NCBI GenBank assembly: GCA_028279805.1
Contig: JANQMZ010000007.1
Coordinates: 750,001-782,000 of the forward strand
From: an archaeon
GTDB lineage: Archaea > Iainarchaeota > Iainarchaeia > Iainarchaeales > JANQMZ01
Reading direction: 5' to 3'
DNA: 32,000 nucleotides
Below, piece after piece: positions 17,472 to 25,368 of the stretch (positions within the stretch are counted from its first letter, which is position 1; each line of letters begins with the position of its first letter). Under the pieces are notes generated by a model that did no database searches, was not told where the DNA came from, and saw only the letters and a list, made by a program, of their open reading frames with translations. Position numbers and translations under genes: made by a program.

Positions 17472-18256
17472 GTAAAGAAAAACCAATCTGGGAATTAAAA
17501 TCGGAAGAAGTTAAAAAAGCTTTAAGAAATGGTGAAAGGCTTGACGGAAGAAAATTTGACGAATATCGTGAAATAATTGTTGAAAAAGATCTTTACAAGA
17601 ATGCGGAGGGATCAGCAAATGTTTCAATCGGCAAAACAAAAGTTGATGCTGGTGTAAAACTGTTGGCAGGCGAACCTTACCCGGATTCTCCGGATCAGGG
17701 AACAATTTCAGTAGGAGTAGAATTATCACCATTATCTTCACCTGAATTTAAATATGGGCCTCCTTCAGAAGAAGCAATTGAAGTTTCAAGAGTTGTTGAC
17801 CGGGGCATAAGAGAAGCCAAAACAATTGATTTCAAAAAACTTTGCTTAAAAGAAGGTGAAACGGTTTTAATTGCTTTTATTGACATTTATTCCACTGACC
17901 ATTTTGGAAATCTTTTTGATACAAGCACTTTGGGTGCAATGGCTTCATTGCTTCATTCAAAAATTCCAAAAGTTGAAGACGGAAAAGTTGTAAAAGGAGA
18001 ATATTCAGGAAAGCTGCCTATTGACAGTACCCCACTATTATGCACTTTTTCAAAAATTGATGATTTTATAGTGGTGGATCCAAGCATTGAAGAGGAAAAG
18101 GCAACAGATGCAAGGCTTTCAATTTCAGTTAATGAAAAAGGCGTTTTATCCGCTTTTCAAAAAGGAGAATCAGGTTCTTTTACATTATCCGAAGTTGATG
18201 AAATGATTAAAATAGCTTTAAAAAGAACAAAAGATTTAAGAAAAAAAGTTGAATAA
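17468..18256 (+). CDS. rrp42: Exosome complex subunit Rrp42 (RNase PH-like, non-catalytic)
   Basis: RLDGRKFDEYREIIVEKDLYKNAEGSANVSIGKTKV shows the RNase PH fold. ATGA overlap with rrp41. Confidence 0.85.
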   Translation: MSKEKPIWELKSEEVKKALRNGERLDGRKFDEYREIIVEKDLYKNAEGSANVSIGKTKVDAGVKLLAGEPYPDSPDQGTISVGVELSPLSSPEFKYGPPSEEAIEVSRVVDRGIREAKTIDFKKLCLKEGETVLIAFIDIYSTDHFGNLFDTSTLGAMASLLHSKIPKVEDGKVVKGEYSGKLPIDSTPLLCTFSKIDDFIVVDPSIEEEKATDARLSISVNEKGVLSAFQKGESGSFTLSEVDEMIKIALKRTKDLRKKVE

Positions 18257-18258
18257 AA

Positions 18259-18744
18259 ATGGGAAACACAAAAAAAGTCGGTACAACAGGCCGTTTCGGA
18301 GTGCGTTACGGAAGAAGCATCAGAAAGAGAGTTTTGGCTGTTGAAACAAAACAAAAATCTTTACAAACAGCTCCAAAATCCGGCTTTAATAAAATTAAAA
18401 GACTGGCCCCAGGAATTTTTAAAGACATAAAAACCGGTGAAATTTTTGCAGGAGGAGCATATACCGCTACAACAATGACCGGCAGAATTGTTAACAAAAT
18501 GGTTAAACAAAGAGAATTTTTGCCGCACGTCGGAGAATTAATTGAATCAAAAGAAAAAACTGAAAAATCTCCGGAACAAAAACCTGAACCTGAAACAAAA
18601 CCGGTTAAAAAAGAAAAACAAACAAAAAAAACTGTGGCTAAAAAGCCAAAAAAAGAAACAAAAGTTAAAGCAAAAACAACAACCAAACCGAAAAAAGAGA
18701 AAAAGAAAACAGTTAAAACAAAAAAAGAAGAAGAAAAAAAATAA
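18259..18744 (+). CDS. rpl37ae: Ribosomal protein eL43 (L37Ae), cysteine-less variant with a K-rich C-terminal extension
   Basis: TKKVGTTGRFGVRYGRSIRKRVLAVE...FAGGAYTATT is an unmistakable L37Ae core. The four expected zinc-ribbon Cys positions read A38, S41, D56 and T59. About 75 aa of K/E/P/T-rich tail follow. Confidence 0.85.
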   Translation: MGNTKKVGTTGRFGVRYGRSIRKRVLAVETKQKSLQTAPKSGFNKIKRLAPGIFKDIKTGEIFAGGAYTATTMTGRIVNKMVKQREFLPHVGELIESKEKTEKSPEQKPEPETKPVKKEKQTKKTVAKKPKKETKVKAKTTTKPKKEKKKTVKTKKEEEKK

Positions 18745-18756
18745 AAGGTGTAAAAA

Positions 18757-18885
18757 ATGTACAAATGTGTTAAATGTGGTGAAATAATAAAAGAGCTTCC
18801 GCGGTCAATAAGGTGTCCTGCCTGTGCTTTTAAAATTTTTTCAAAAATCAGAACTCCTATCGCAAGAAAAGTGAAAGCTGAATAA
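18757..18885 (+). CDS. rpoP: DNA-directed RNA polymerase subunit P (Rpo12)
   Basis: A 42-aa ORF not in the track (below its length cutoff): MYKCVKCGEIIKELPRSIRCPACAFKIFSKIRTPIARKVKAE. It has a CxxC...CxxC zinc ribbon, AAGGTG 6 nt upstream, and the canonical position after L37Ae. Confidence 0.75.
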   Translation: MYKCVKCGEIIKELPRSIRCPACAFKIFSKIRTPIARKVKAE

Positions 18886-18889
18886 AATT

Positions 18890-19135
18890 ATGAACCCAAA
18901 ACATGAATTAAAACTTGAACTGGTTTTTTCAAAACCAGCTGAACCTGAAACAATTGTTAAAGCCTTAAAACCTGACATGAAACAAAAATATTCACGCTCT
19001 AAAACAATAATCCGTGTTGATAATAAAAAACTTAAAATAATAATCAAATCAGTTGATTTAACCGCTTTAAGAGCATCTTTTAACTCAATGCTTAAAAGCA
19101 TTATTGTATCAAATGATTTGATTCAATGGAGGTAA
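18890..19135 (+). CDS. pcc1: KEOPS complex subunit Pcc1-like
   Basis: 81 aa. The pattern LKLELVFSKPAEPETIVKAL...KLKIIIKSVDLTALRASFNSMLKSI parallels archaeal Pcc1 (...I.A.D..ALR...NSyLr.i). Confidence 0.7.
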   Translation: MNPKHELKLELVFSKPAEPETIVKALKPDMKQKYSRSKTIIRVDNKKLKIIIKSVDLTALRASFNSMLKSIIVSNDLIQWR

Positions 19136-19139
19136 TTTG

Positions 19140-19517
19140 ATGGACGAACAAACACAGAAAGACGTTATTGAGTTTAACAGAATGAGACAACAGTTGGGAG
19201 CATTAACAGCTCAAATGCAGCAGTTACAGCTTCAGTCTGACACTCTTAAAACCGCTTTGGAAGAATTGAAACAAAGCAAGGAAGAAAAAGTATACAAAGC
19301 TGTTGGCAACATTTTGGTTTTAAAAAAATCAAAAGACGTTGAAAAAGAAATCAAAGAAAATAAAGAATCAACTGATTTAAGAGTTAAAACTTTAAAAAAA
19401 CAAGAAGAATCTTCGGTTCAAAAATTGAACAAGTTACGTTCAAAAATAGAATCAAAAATAGGTTCTGAAACAGCTCTTGAAACATCAACCGCTTCAAAAA
19501 AAAATAAAAACAAGTGA
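19140..19517 (+). CDS. pfdB: Prefoldin subunit beta
   Basis: It has coiled-coil / beta-hairpin / coiled-coil architecture, with KVYKAVGNILVLKKSKDV as the hairpin. I place the start at ATG 19140 (GGAGGT 6 nt upstream), not the track's TTG at 19137. Confidence 0.8.
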   Translation: MDEQTQKDVIEFNRMRQQLGALTAQMQQLQLQSDTLKTALEELKQSKEEKVYKAVGNILVLKKSKDVEKEIKENKESTDLRVKTLKKQEESSVQKLNKLRSKIESKIGSETALETSTASKKNKNK

Positions 19518-20542
19518 GTGAATTGAATTCTTTTTTGCCTTTTTCTCTTATTAAAGGGAAAAAAGTTTTGCTTTTAACCCACAGGGGAGCAGATGTTGAC
19601 GCTATTTCCTCCTGTGGTGCATTATATTTTTCTTTAAAAAAAAATGCAAAACTTGTTATAGGCATTCCTGAACATATTAACAAACAGGCAAAGCATTTGG
19701 CTGAAAAATTTTCAATTCCTTTTACTGTTAACCCTGATTTGAACAAATTTGATGTAATAATTCTTGTTGAATTAAATTCCTGGAAAATGCTTGGAGAATA
19801 CGCTGACAAAATAAAAAATTTTTCAGGTGAAAAATTTTTAATAGACCACCATGTTTTAACCGGTGACAAAATTGTTTCAAAACAAAAAATGCTTGTTGAC
19901 CAAAAAGCTGTTTCATGCACCCAGGTTGTTTTGCGTTTTTTAAAATCAAAAAAAATAAAGATTTCTCCCAAAACAGCTTCTTTAATTGTCTGCGGCGTTA
20001 TAACTGATTCCGGACAGTTTTATCATGCTGATGAAAAAGCGTTTCATGATGTTTCAGAAATGCTCAAAATAAGCAAACACCCTTATGACAAGCTTTTAAG
20101 CTTTTTAACAAGAGATTTTGAAAAAGGGGAAAAAATAGCCAGATTAAAATCTGCCAAGCGTGTTAAAATTTTCGGAGCCGGAGATTTTATTATTGCTTTA
20201 AGTGAGGTGGGAGCATATGAATCACAGGCTGCTTCAGCTTTGGTTAAAATTGGCGCGGACGCTGCTTTTGTAGGAACATTTTATGAAAAAGAAAATGAAA
20301 CAGTTGTTTCAGGCAGAGCTTCTTATTCAATGGTTAAATCAGGGCACATTGATTTGGCCAGAAACATTTTTGTTCCTTTAAAAAATTTTTTTAAAGGCGA
20401 GGGTGGAGGGCATGCGGGAGCAGCTGCTTTTAACTGTTCAAACGTTCAGCCTGAAAAAGTGTTAAAAAAATGCCTGGATTTAACTTTTGAAAATTTAAAA
20501 AAACAAAATTCTAATTTAAAACTGAAAAAATTTACAGATTAA
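19514..20542 (+). CDS. DHH/DHHA1-family phosphoesterase (NrnA/RecJ-like)
   Basis: Motifs HRGADVDAISS (DxD), LIDHH (DHH), GVITDSGQF and GGGHAGAAAF (DHHA1 GGGH) are present. The start is uncertain: GTG at 19514 overlaps the pfdB stop and no SD is visible. Confidence 0.75.
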   Translation: MSELNSFLPFSLIKGKKVLLLTHRGADVDAISSCGALYFSLKKNAKLVIGIPEHINKQAKHLAEKFSIPFTVNPDLNKFDVIILVELNSWKMLGEYADKIKNFSGEKFLIDHHVLTGDKIVSKQKMLVDQKAVSCTQVVLRFLKSKKIKISPKTASLIVCGVITDSGQFYHADEKAFHDVSEMLKISKHPYDKLLSFLTRDFEKGEKIARLKSAKRVKIFGAGDFIIALSEVGAYESQAASALVKIGADAAFVGTFYEKENETVVSGRASYSMVKSGHIDLARNIFVPLKNFFKGEGGGHAGAAAFNCSNVQPEKVLKKCLDLTFENLKKQNSNLKLKKFTD

Positions 20543-21210
20543 TTAATTATTTTCATCAAATCATCCAGGCTTTCAAGAACATAATCCGATTTTATGTTTT
20601 TATCCTGTATAACTTGCCCGTATTTTGCCAGAGCGGTTTTCATTCCGAATTTTTTTGCTCCAAGAATGTCTTTCTGAGGATTATCCCCAACAAAAACAAT
20701 TTCATCAGGTTTTAGTTTTAAGTTTTTAACAGCTTTTTCAAAAGGCATTTTATGAGGTTTTTCCATTCCGGTTAAACCAACTGCAATAACAAAGTCAAAA
20801 AAATCCAAAAGATTTGATTCAGCCAGCCTTAACCATGCCTGTAGTTTTGGTGCATCGCTGACTATTCCAAGTTTTAATCCTTTTTCTTTTAATTTTATTA
20901 AAATTTTTCTGGTGTGAGGGTATGGAATCAGCTGCCCTGATTTCACACGCCTGTAAGCTGCTATTCCGCTTGCCAAAACCCTGTATTTTACTTTTCCCTG
21001 AACTTTTTCCAAAAATTTGTTAAAAATTTCCTGGTCCTCAATTCCGAATGTTTTATACATTTCATACAGTTTGTCAACAGCCTCATCTTCCTTCATTTCA
21101 AGCCCTGCGTCAATCATGGCTCTAGCTGCCGCTATTGTAGCTAATTTTTTCATCTCCATAAAATCAATAAGAGTGTTATCCAAGTCAAACAAAACTGCTT
21201 TTATCACCAT
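20539..21210 (-). CDS. HAD-superfamily hydrolase (subfamily IA-like phosphatase)
   Basis: Motif I is AVLFDLDNTLIDF, motif II is GIVSDAP, and motifs III/IV are K...FVGDNPQKDILGAKKFGM. Confidence 0.8.
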   Translation of the reverse strand: MVIKAVLFDLDNTLIDFMEMKKLATIAAARAMIDAGLEMKEDEAVDKLYEMYKTFGIEDQEIFNKFLEKVQGKVKYRVLASGIAAYRRVKSGQLIPYPHTRKILIKLKEKGLKLGIVSDAPKLQAWLRLAESNLLDFFDFVIAVGLTGMEKPHKMPFEKAVKNLKLKPDEIVFVGDNPQKDILGAKKFGMKTALAKYGQVIQDKNIKSDYVLESLDDLMKIIN

Positions 21211-21240
21211 TTCAATCAGTACAACTTTTTACTGGAAAAG

Positions 21241-21249
21241 TTATTTAAG
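21241..21249 (+). promoter_or_regulatory. Putative TATA box for leaderless purD
   Basis: TTATTTAAG is centred about 26 nt upstream of the ATG at 21271. There is no SD between them. Confidence 0.3.
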
Positions 21250-21270
21250 TTTTTTTTATCCACTCATATC

Positions 21271-22548
21271 ATGAAAAAAATGAAAGTTTTAGTCATAGGC
21301 TCAGGAGGACGAGAACATGCTTTAACCTGGAAAATAAAGCAAAGTCCTTTGGTTGAAAAAATTTTTTGCGCGCCCGGAAATGCCGGCACAGACTCAATCG
21401 CTGAAAATGTTCCCAACCTGAACTCAGTAAAAGATTTGGCGGATTTTGCTCAAAAAAACAAAATTGATTTAACCGTTGTAGGGCCTGAAAATTTTTTAGT
21501 TGAAGGAATTGTTGATTTTTTTGAAAAAAAAAATTTAAAATGTTTTGGTCCCAGAAAAAATGCAGCAGTTTTGGAGGGAAGTAAAGTTTTTTGCAGAGAA
21601 TTTTTAAAAAAATTTAAAATTCCAATGCCTGATTTTAAAGTTTTTTCATCTCCGGATGAAGCAACTGAATTTGTTAAAAAAAATTCTCCCATTGTAATAA
21701 AAGCGGACGGTTTGGCGGCGGGGAAAGGGGTAATTGTTGCAAAAACTCCAGATGAAGCTGTTGAAGCTGTTGAAACAATAATGGTTAATAAAAAATTCGG
21801 AAACTCAGGTGAAAAAATTTTATGTGAAGAAATGCTTGAAGGAGAGGAAGCAAGTTATATTGTTTTTTCAGACGGAAAAAATTTTGTTCCAATGGCTTCA
21901 TCCCAGGACCATAAAAGAATTTTTGACAATGATAAGGGACCGAACACGGGAGGAATGGGTGCTTATTCTCCTGCTCCAATTGTTTCAAAAGAAGTTGAAG
22001 AAAAAATTTTAAAAAAAATAATCAAACCAACTATCAGGGCAATGTATGAAAACAACAGGGAATTTAAGGGAATTCTTTACGCAGGCCTGATGATTAAAAA
22101 CAATGAACCAAAATTAATTGAATTCAACTGCCGTTTTGGTGATCCTGAAGCTCAGGCAGTTCTTCCAAGATTTGAATCTGATATTGTGGAATTAATGCTT
22201 TCATGCATTGAAGGCAACCTTTCAAAATATGAAGCTAAATGGTCAAATAATGCATGTACAACTGTTGTTTTGGCTTCGGGAGGTTATCCTGAAAATTATG
22301 AAAAAAACAAAAAAATAACGGGCTTAAAAGAAGCAGGCTTGATTCAAAATGCAACTGTTTTTCATGCCGGCACAAAAAAAGAAAATGAAAAAATTTTAAC
22401 ATCCGGAGGCAGGGTTTTAAATGTAAGTGCTTTGGGTGAAAATATTTCTGAATCAATTAAAACAGCTTATACTGCGGTTGAAAAAATTCATTTTGACAAA
22501 ATGTTTTACCGAAAAGATATTGGAAAAAAAGCTCTGGTGAAATTATGA
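21271..22548 (+). CDS. purD: Phosphoribosylamine-glycine ligase
   Basis: MKVLVIGSGGREHALTWKI, an ATP-grasp core (VIKADGLAAGKGV, EEMLEGEEASY), and NCRFGDPEAQ are present. 425 aa. Confidence 0.9.
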   Translation: MKKMKVLVIGSGGREHALTWKIKQSPLVEKIFCAPGNAGTDSIAENVPNLNSVKDLADFAQKNKIDLTVVGPENFLVEGIVDFFEKKNLKCFGPRKNAAVLEGSKVFCREFLKKFKIPMPDFKVFSSPDEATEFVKKNSPIVIKADGLAAGKGVIVAKTPDEAVEAVETIMVNKKFGNSGEKILCEEMLEGEEASYIVFSDGKNFVPMASSQDHKRIFDNDKGPNTGGMGAYSPAPIVSKEVEEKILKKIIKPTIRAMYENNREFKGILYAGLMIKNNEPKLIEFNCRFGDPEAQAVLPRFESDIVELMLSCIEGNLSKYEAKWSNNACTTVVLASGGYPENYEKNKKITGLKEAGLIQNATVFHAGTKKENEKILTSGGRVLNVSALGENISESIKTAYTAVEKIHFDKMFYRKDIGKKALVKL

Positions 22549-22676
22549 AATGTTCAAAATGCAATGCTCCCATGATTAAGGAAGGATTGGAACATCTGGT
22601 TCATAATGAAATTTTTGAGTCATGGGTTTGCCGGGCTTGTGGTTACCGGGAAGAAAAAAAGAAAACAAAACTTTAA
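22545..22676 (+). CDS. Small zinc-ribbon protein (43 aa), hypothetical
   Basis: An ORF not in the track: MKCSKCNAPMIKEGLEHLVHNEIFESWVCRACGYREEKKKTKL, with CxxC...CxxC. Its ATG overlaps the purD stop (ATGA). Its stop shares a TTAA with the convergent 67-aa gene. Confidence 0.35.
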   Translation: MKCSKCNAPMIKEGLEHLVHNEIFESWVCRACGYREEKKKTKL

Positions 22677-22876
22677 TGTTTTTCAGCCCATTCTCTTAAC
22701 ATTTCCCATGAAACCCATTCCGGAAAAACAGTTTCTTTTAAAATTGTTTTATCATTTTCTTTAATTCTTTGCAGATGTGATGGTAAAATTATTTTATGCA
22801 TGTTTTCAAGCCATGCAATTCTCTCTTTTTGTCCTTTTTTTATAAATTCTATTTTTTTTTCTTCAAATGTTGTCAT
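22673..22876 (-). CDS. Hypothetical 67-aa protein
   Basis: This ORF has no competing longer ORF. Its start overlaps the upstream gene's stop (ATGA-type overlap at 22873-22876). I recognise no family. Confidence 0.35.
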   Translation of the reverse strand: MTTFEEKKIEFIKKGQKERIAWLENMHKIILPSHLQRIKENDKTILKETVFPEWVSWEMLREWAEKH

Positions 22877-23280
22877 AAGTGAACAGTTTCTTTTCCTTTT
22901 TTGATTTTTCTTCTTTCAGCATATTTTACAAGATAATGCACAGTGCTTTTGGGAATTCTGGTTAATTCTTCTATTTCTCTTAAAGGCCTGTGGTCTTTTC
23001 TCATTTCAATTGCTTTTAACATTTTTTCAAGAGGCAACTCTATTGCTCTTCCTCTTACCTCTTCTTTTGTTATTGTTATTTTTTTTGATTTTAAAAATTT
23101 TTTAACGTTTGATGCAAGCCTTTTGGAACATGATGAACTTAAAGCAACTTCTTTAAGATTCGGGCATTTTTTTAAAAGTTTTTCAATTTTGCTTTTTTTA
23201 ACAGGCCTTACCAGGTGAATCTGTTCAGTGCCTGCAGGAATGTTTGAAATGCTTGTTTGCGGATAAAATGAATATTTCAT
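22873..23280 (-). CDS. Hypothetical protein with C-terminal helix-turn-helix
   Basis: 135 aa. The C-terminal LREIEELTRIPKSTVHYLVKYAERRK looks like a resolvase/Hin-type HTH. The N-terminal half (HLVRPVKKSKIEKLLKKCPNLKEVALSSSCSKRL...KITITKEEVRGR) resembles, from memory only, a conserved archaeal family of unknown function (possibly DUF1699). Confidence 0.5.
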   Translation of the reverse strand: MKYSFYPQTSISNIPAGTEQIHLVRPVKKSKIEKLLKKCPNLKEVALSSSCSKRLASNVKKFLKSKKITITKEEVRGRAIELPLEKMLKAIEMRKDHRPLREIEELTRIPKSTVHYLVKYAERRKIKKGKETVHL

Positions 23281-23377
23281 ATGGCATCATTTTTTTTCCA
23301 ATTTTTTGTGTTATAGTGGTGTTTTTTCTTATTAAAAAAGCTTTTTGAAAGGACTTTTAAATACCTGTAAGCAATAC

Positions 23378-23387
23378 TATATATTTC
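23378..23387 (+). promoter_or_regulatory. Putative TATA box for the leaderless beta-CASP gene
   Basis: CTATATATTT is centred about 25 nt upstream of ATG 23408, with no SD. Confidence 0.3.
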
Positions 23388-23407
23388 TAAATTTTCAGTG
23401 ATTTTTG

Positions 23408-24682
23408 ATGTCAGTAACATTAACCGGGCTTGGAGCCTGCAGAGAAGTCGGAAGAAGTTCTTTTTTGCTTGATTTTGGCGAAAAAATTGTTCTTGACCGG
23501 GGACTAAAAGTTCATGACGGAAACCAGATTGGTTACCCGCTTGATATTAACACAAATTTTAATGCAGTTGTTTTAAGTCATGCGCATTTAGACCATTCGG
23601 GTGATGTTCCCAATCTTTACATTAAAAGCAGGGTTCCGTGTTATTTAACTCCGCCCACTTTAAGTATTTCTGAAATTTTATGGAAAGACACTTTAAAAAT
23701 TGCTGAATTTGAAGGAAATGAGCCAAGTTTTTCAAAAGAAGATATTGAACGTGTTAAACAATATTCATTCGGGATTAATTATAACAAAAAACTTGGAATT
23801 ACAAAAAAATGTTCACTTGAATTTTTTGACGCAGGACACATTTTAGGTTCAGCTTTGTCAAAACTTTCATTCGGAAAAACAAATTTTTTATACACAGGCG
23901 ATTATAATCCTGATCCGATGTCCATGCACAAAGGCACTGATTTAAATGTCGGAAACGTAGACTTTGTTTTAACAGAAGCAACTTATGGTGACAGAAATCA
24001 TCCTCCCAGAAAAGAAACTGAAAAAAAATTTATTGAAAAAGTTCAGGAAGGGCTTGACAATAACGGAACTGTTCTCATTCCTGCTTTTGCAGTGGGGCGA
24101 ACGCAGGAAATTATAACAATTTTAGAACAAAATAAAATTAAAGCACCTGTTTTTATTGACGGAATGGGGCAAAAAGTTTCACAGGTTTATTTGAACAATC
24201 CTGATTATTTTGCAAATTTTAAATCTTTTAAAAAATATCTTGATAAAACAACTTGGGTTAAAAGCAACAGGGACAGAAAAAAAGCTTTAGATGAACCAAG
24301 CGTAATTGTTTCAACTGCGGGAATGCTTAACGGGGGACCCGCCTTTTATTACCTTGAACATATTTTATCAGATCCCAATTCTAAAGTGATTTTAACCGGT
24401 TTTCAAGTTGAAGGAACACAGGGAGCAAGATTGCTTGAAGAAAACAAAATATTCATAAAAGAAAAAGATTTTAATGCGGAAGCAGAGGTTTTAAGGTTTG
24501 AATTTTCAGCACATGCTTCGCAGGACGCCATGTTAAGAGCGTTTAAAAAATGGTCCCCGCAAAAAATTTTCTTGGCTCACGGTGACCCAAAAATAATGGA
24601 TATTTTTATTCAAAAAATTGACCAGGATCTGGGCATTAAAGCTGAAGCACTTGAACTTAATAAAAAAATAAAACTTGATTAA
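23408..24682 (+). CDS. Beta-CASP family metallo-beta-lactamase ribonuclease (aCPSF2-like, no KH domains)
   Basis: SHAHLDHSG (HxHxDH), TEATYGDR (beta-CASP motif A), EFSAHAS (motif B) and FLAHGD (motif C) are present. About 424 aa. I prefer ATG 23408 over the track's TTG at 23405. Confidence 0.8.
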   Translation: MSVTLTGLGACREVGRSSFLLDFGEKIVLDRGLKVHDGNQIGYPLDINTNFNAVVLSHAHLDHSGDVPNLYIKSRVPCYLTPPTLSISEILWKDTLKIAEFEGNEPSFSKEDIERVKQYSFGINYNKKLGITKKCSLEFFDAGHILGSALSKLSFGKTNFLYTGDYNPDPMSMHKGTDLNVGNVDFVLTEATYGDRNHPPRKETEKKFIEKVQEGLDNNGTVLIPAFAVGRTQEIITILEQNKIKAPVFIDGMGQKVSQVYLNNPDYFANFKSFKKYLDKTTWVKSNRDRKKALDEPSVIVSTAGMLNGGPAFYYLEHILSDPNSKVILTGFQVEGTQGARLLEENKIFIKEKDFNAEAEVLRFEFSAHASQDAMLRAFKKWSPQKIFLAHGDPKIMDIFIQKIDQDLGIKAEALELNKKIKLD

Positions 24683-24684
24683 AA

Positions 24685-25368
24685 ATGACTTTATTTTGCC
24701 CTGAATGCGGCACGGAAAAAGGTCCTTTTGTTAAAAACAGCCTTTGTTTGAATTGTTTTTTGAAAAAAAACAAAATTTTAAACGTGCCTGAAAAAATAGA
24801 AATAAGTTTTTGCCCTTCCTGCACGAAAATATTGGTTCATGGAAAATGGGTTAAACAGTCTGAAAAAATATTAAAAGATTTTATAATTAAAAAAATCAAA
24901 ACAAAAGAATTAACAAATCAAAAATTTGACGTTGAATTAATCCAAAACAAAAACGGAAACTCGGATGTTAATATAATTGTTACCGGAAAAATTGCTGATG
25001 AAAAAATTTCACTTAACGCAAAAACTTTTTTAATTTTGAAAAAAGAATTATGCAAAAATTGCAGCAGAATTTCAGGAGGATATTTTGAAGCTGTTGTACA
25101 GTTAAGGTTTGAAAAAAAGCCTGATAAAAAAGTATTAAAAGAATTACTCCAACTTTTGAATGATCTGGGAAAAGAACAGGAACTTGTTAAAATAATTGAA
25201 TTAAAAAACGGTTTTGATGTTCAGGTTTTTTCAAAAAAAATTGCTCTCTCTGCATCCAAAAAAATTGCTTTAAAATACAAATCTGATATTACAAAATCTT
25301 TCACTGTTGCCGGTGCAGACCGGGAAGGCAAAACAAAAAAAAGATTCACTTATTGTATCCGGATTTAA
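24685..25368 (+). CDS. NMD3-family protein (archaeal homologue of the 60S export adaptor)
   Basis: N-terminal Cys clusters FCPECG...LCLNCF...FCPSC...HGKW and a later CKNCSRISGGYFEAVVQLR match the NMD3 family signature. Confidence 0.75.
   Translation: MTLFCPECGTEKGPFVKNSLCLNCFLKKNKILNVPEKIEISFCPSCTKILVHGKWVKQSEKILKDFIIKKIKTKELTNQKFDVELIQNKNGNSDVNIIVTGKIADEKISLNAKTFLILKKELCKNCSRISGGYFEAVVQLRFEKKPDKKVLKELLQLLNDLGKEQELVKIIELKNGFDVQVFSKKIALSASKKIALKYKSDITKSFTVAGADREGKTKKRFTYCIRI

Noticed and set aside
18306-18787. 152-aa minus-strand ORF and 81-aa plus-strand poly-K ORF overlapping the eL43 tail and rpoP.
   Set aside because: They are shadows of the K-rich tail DNA. The 81-aa ORF would also run through the well-supported rpoP zinc-ribbon gene in another frame.
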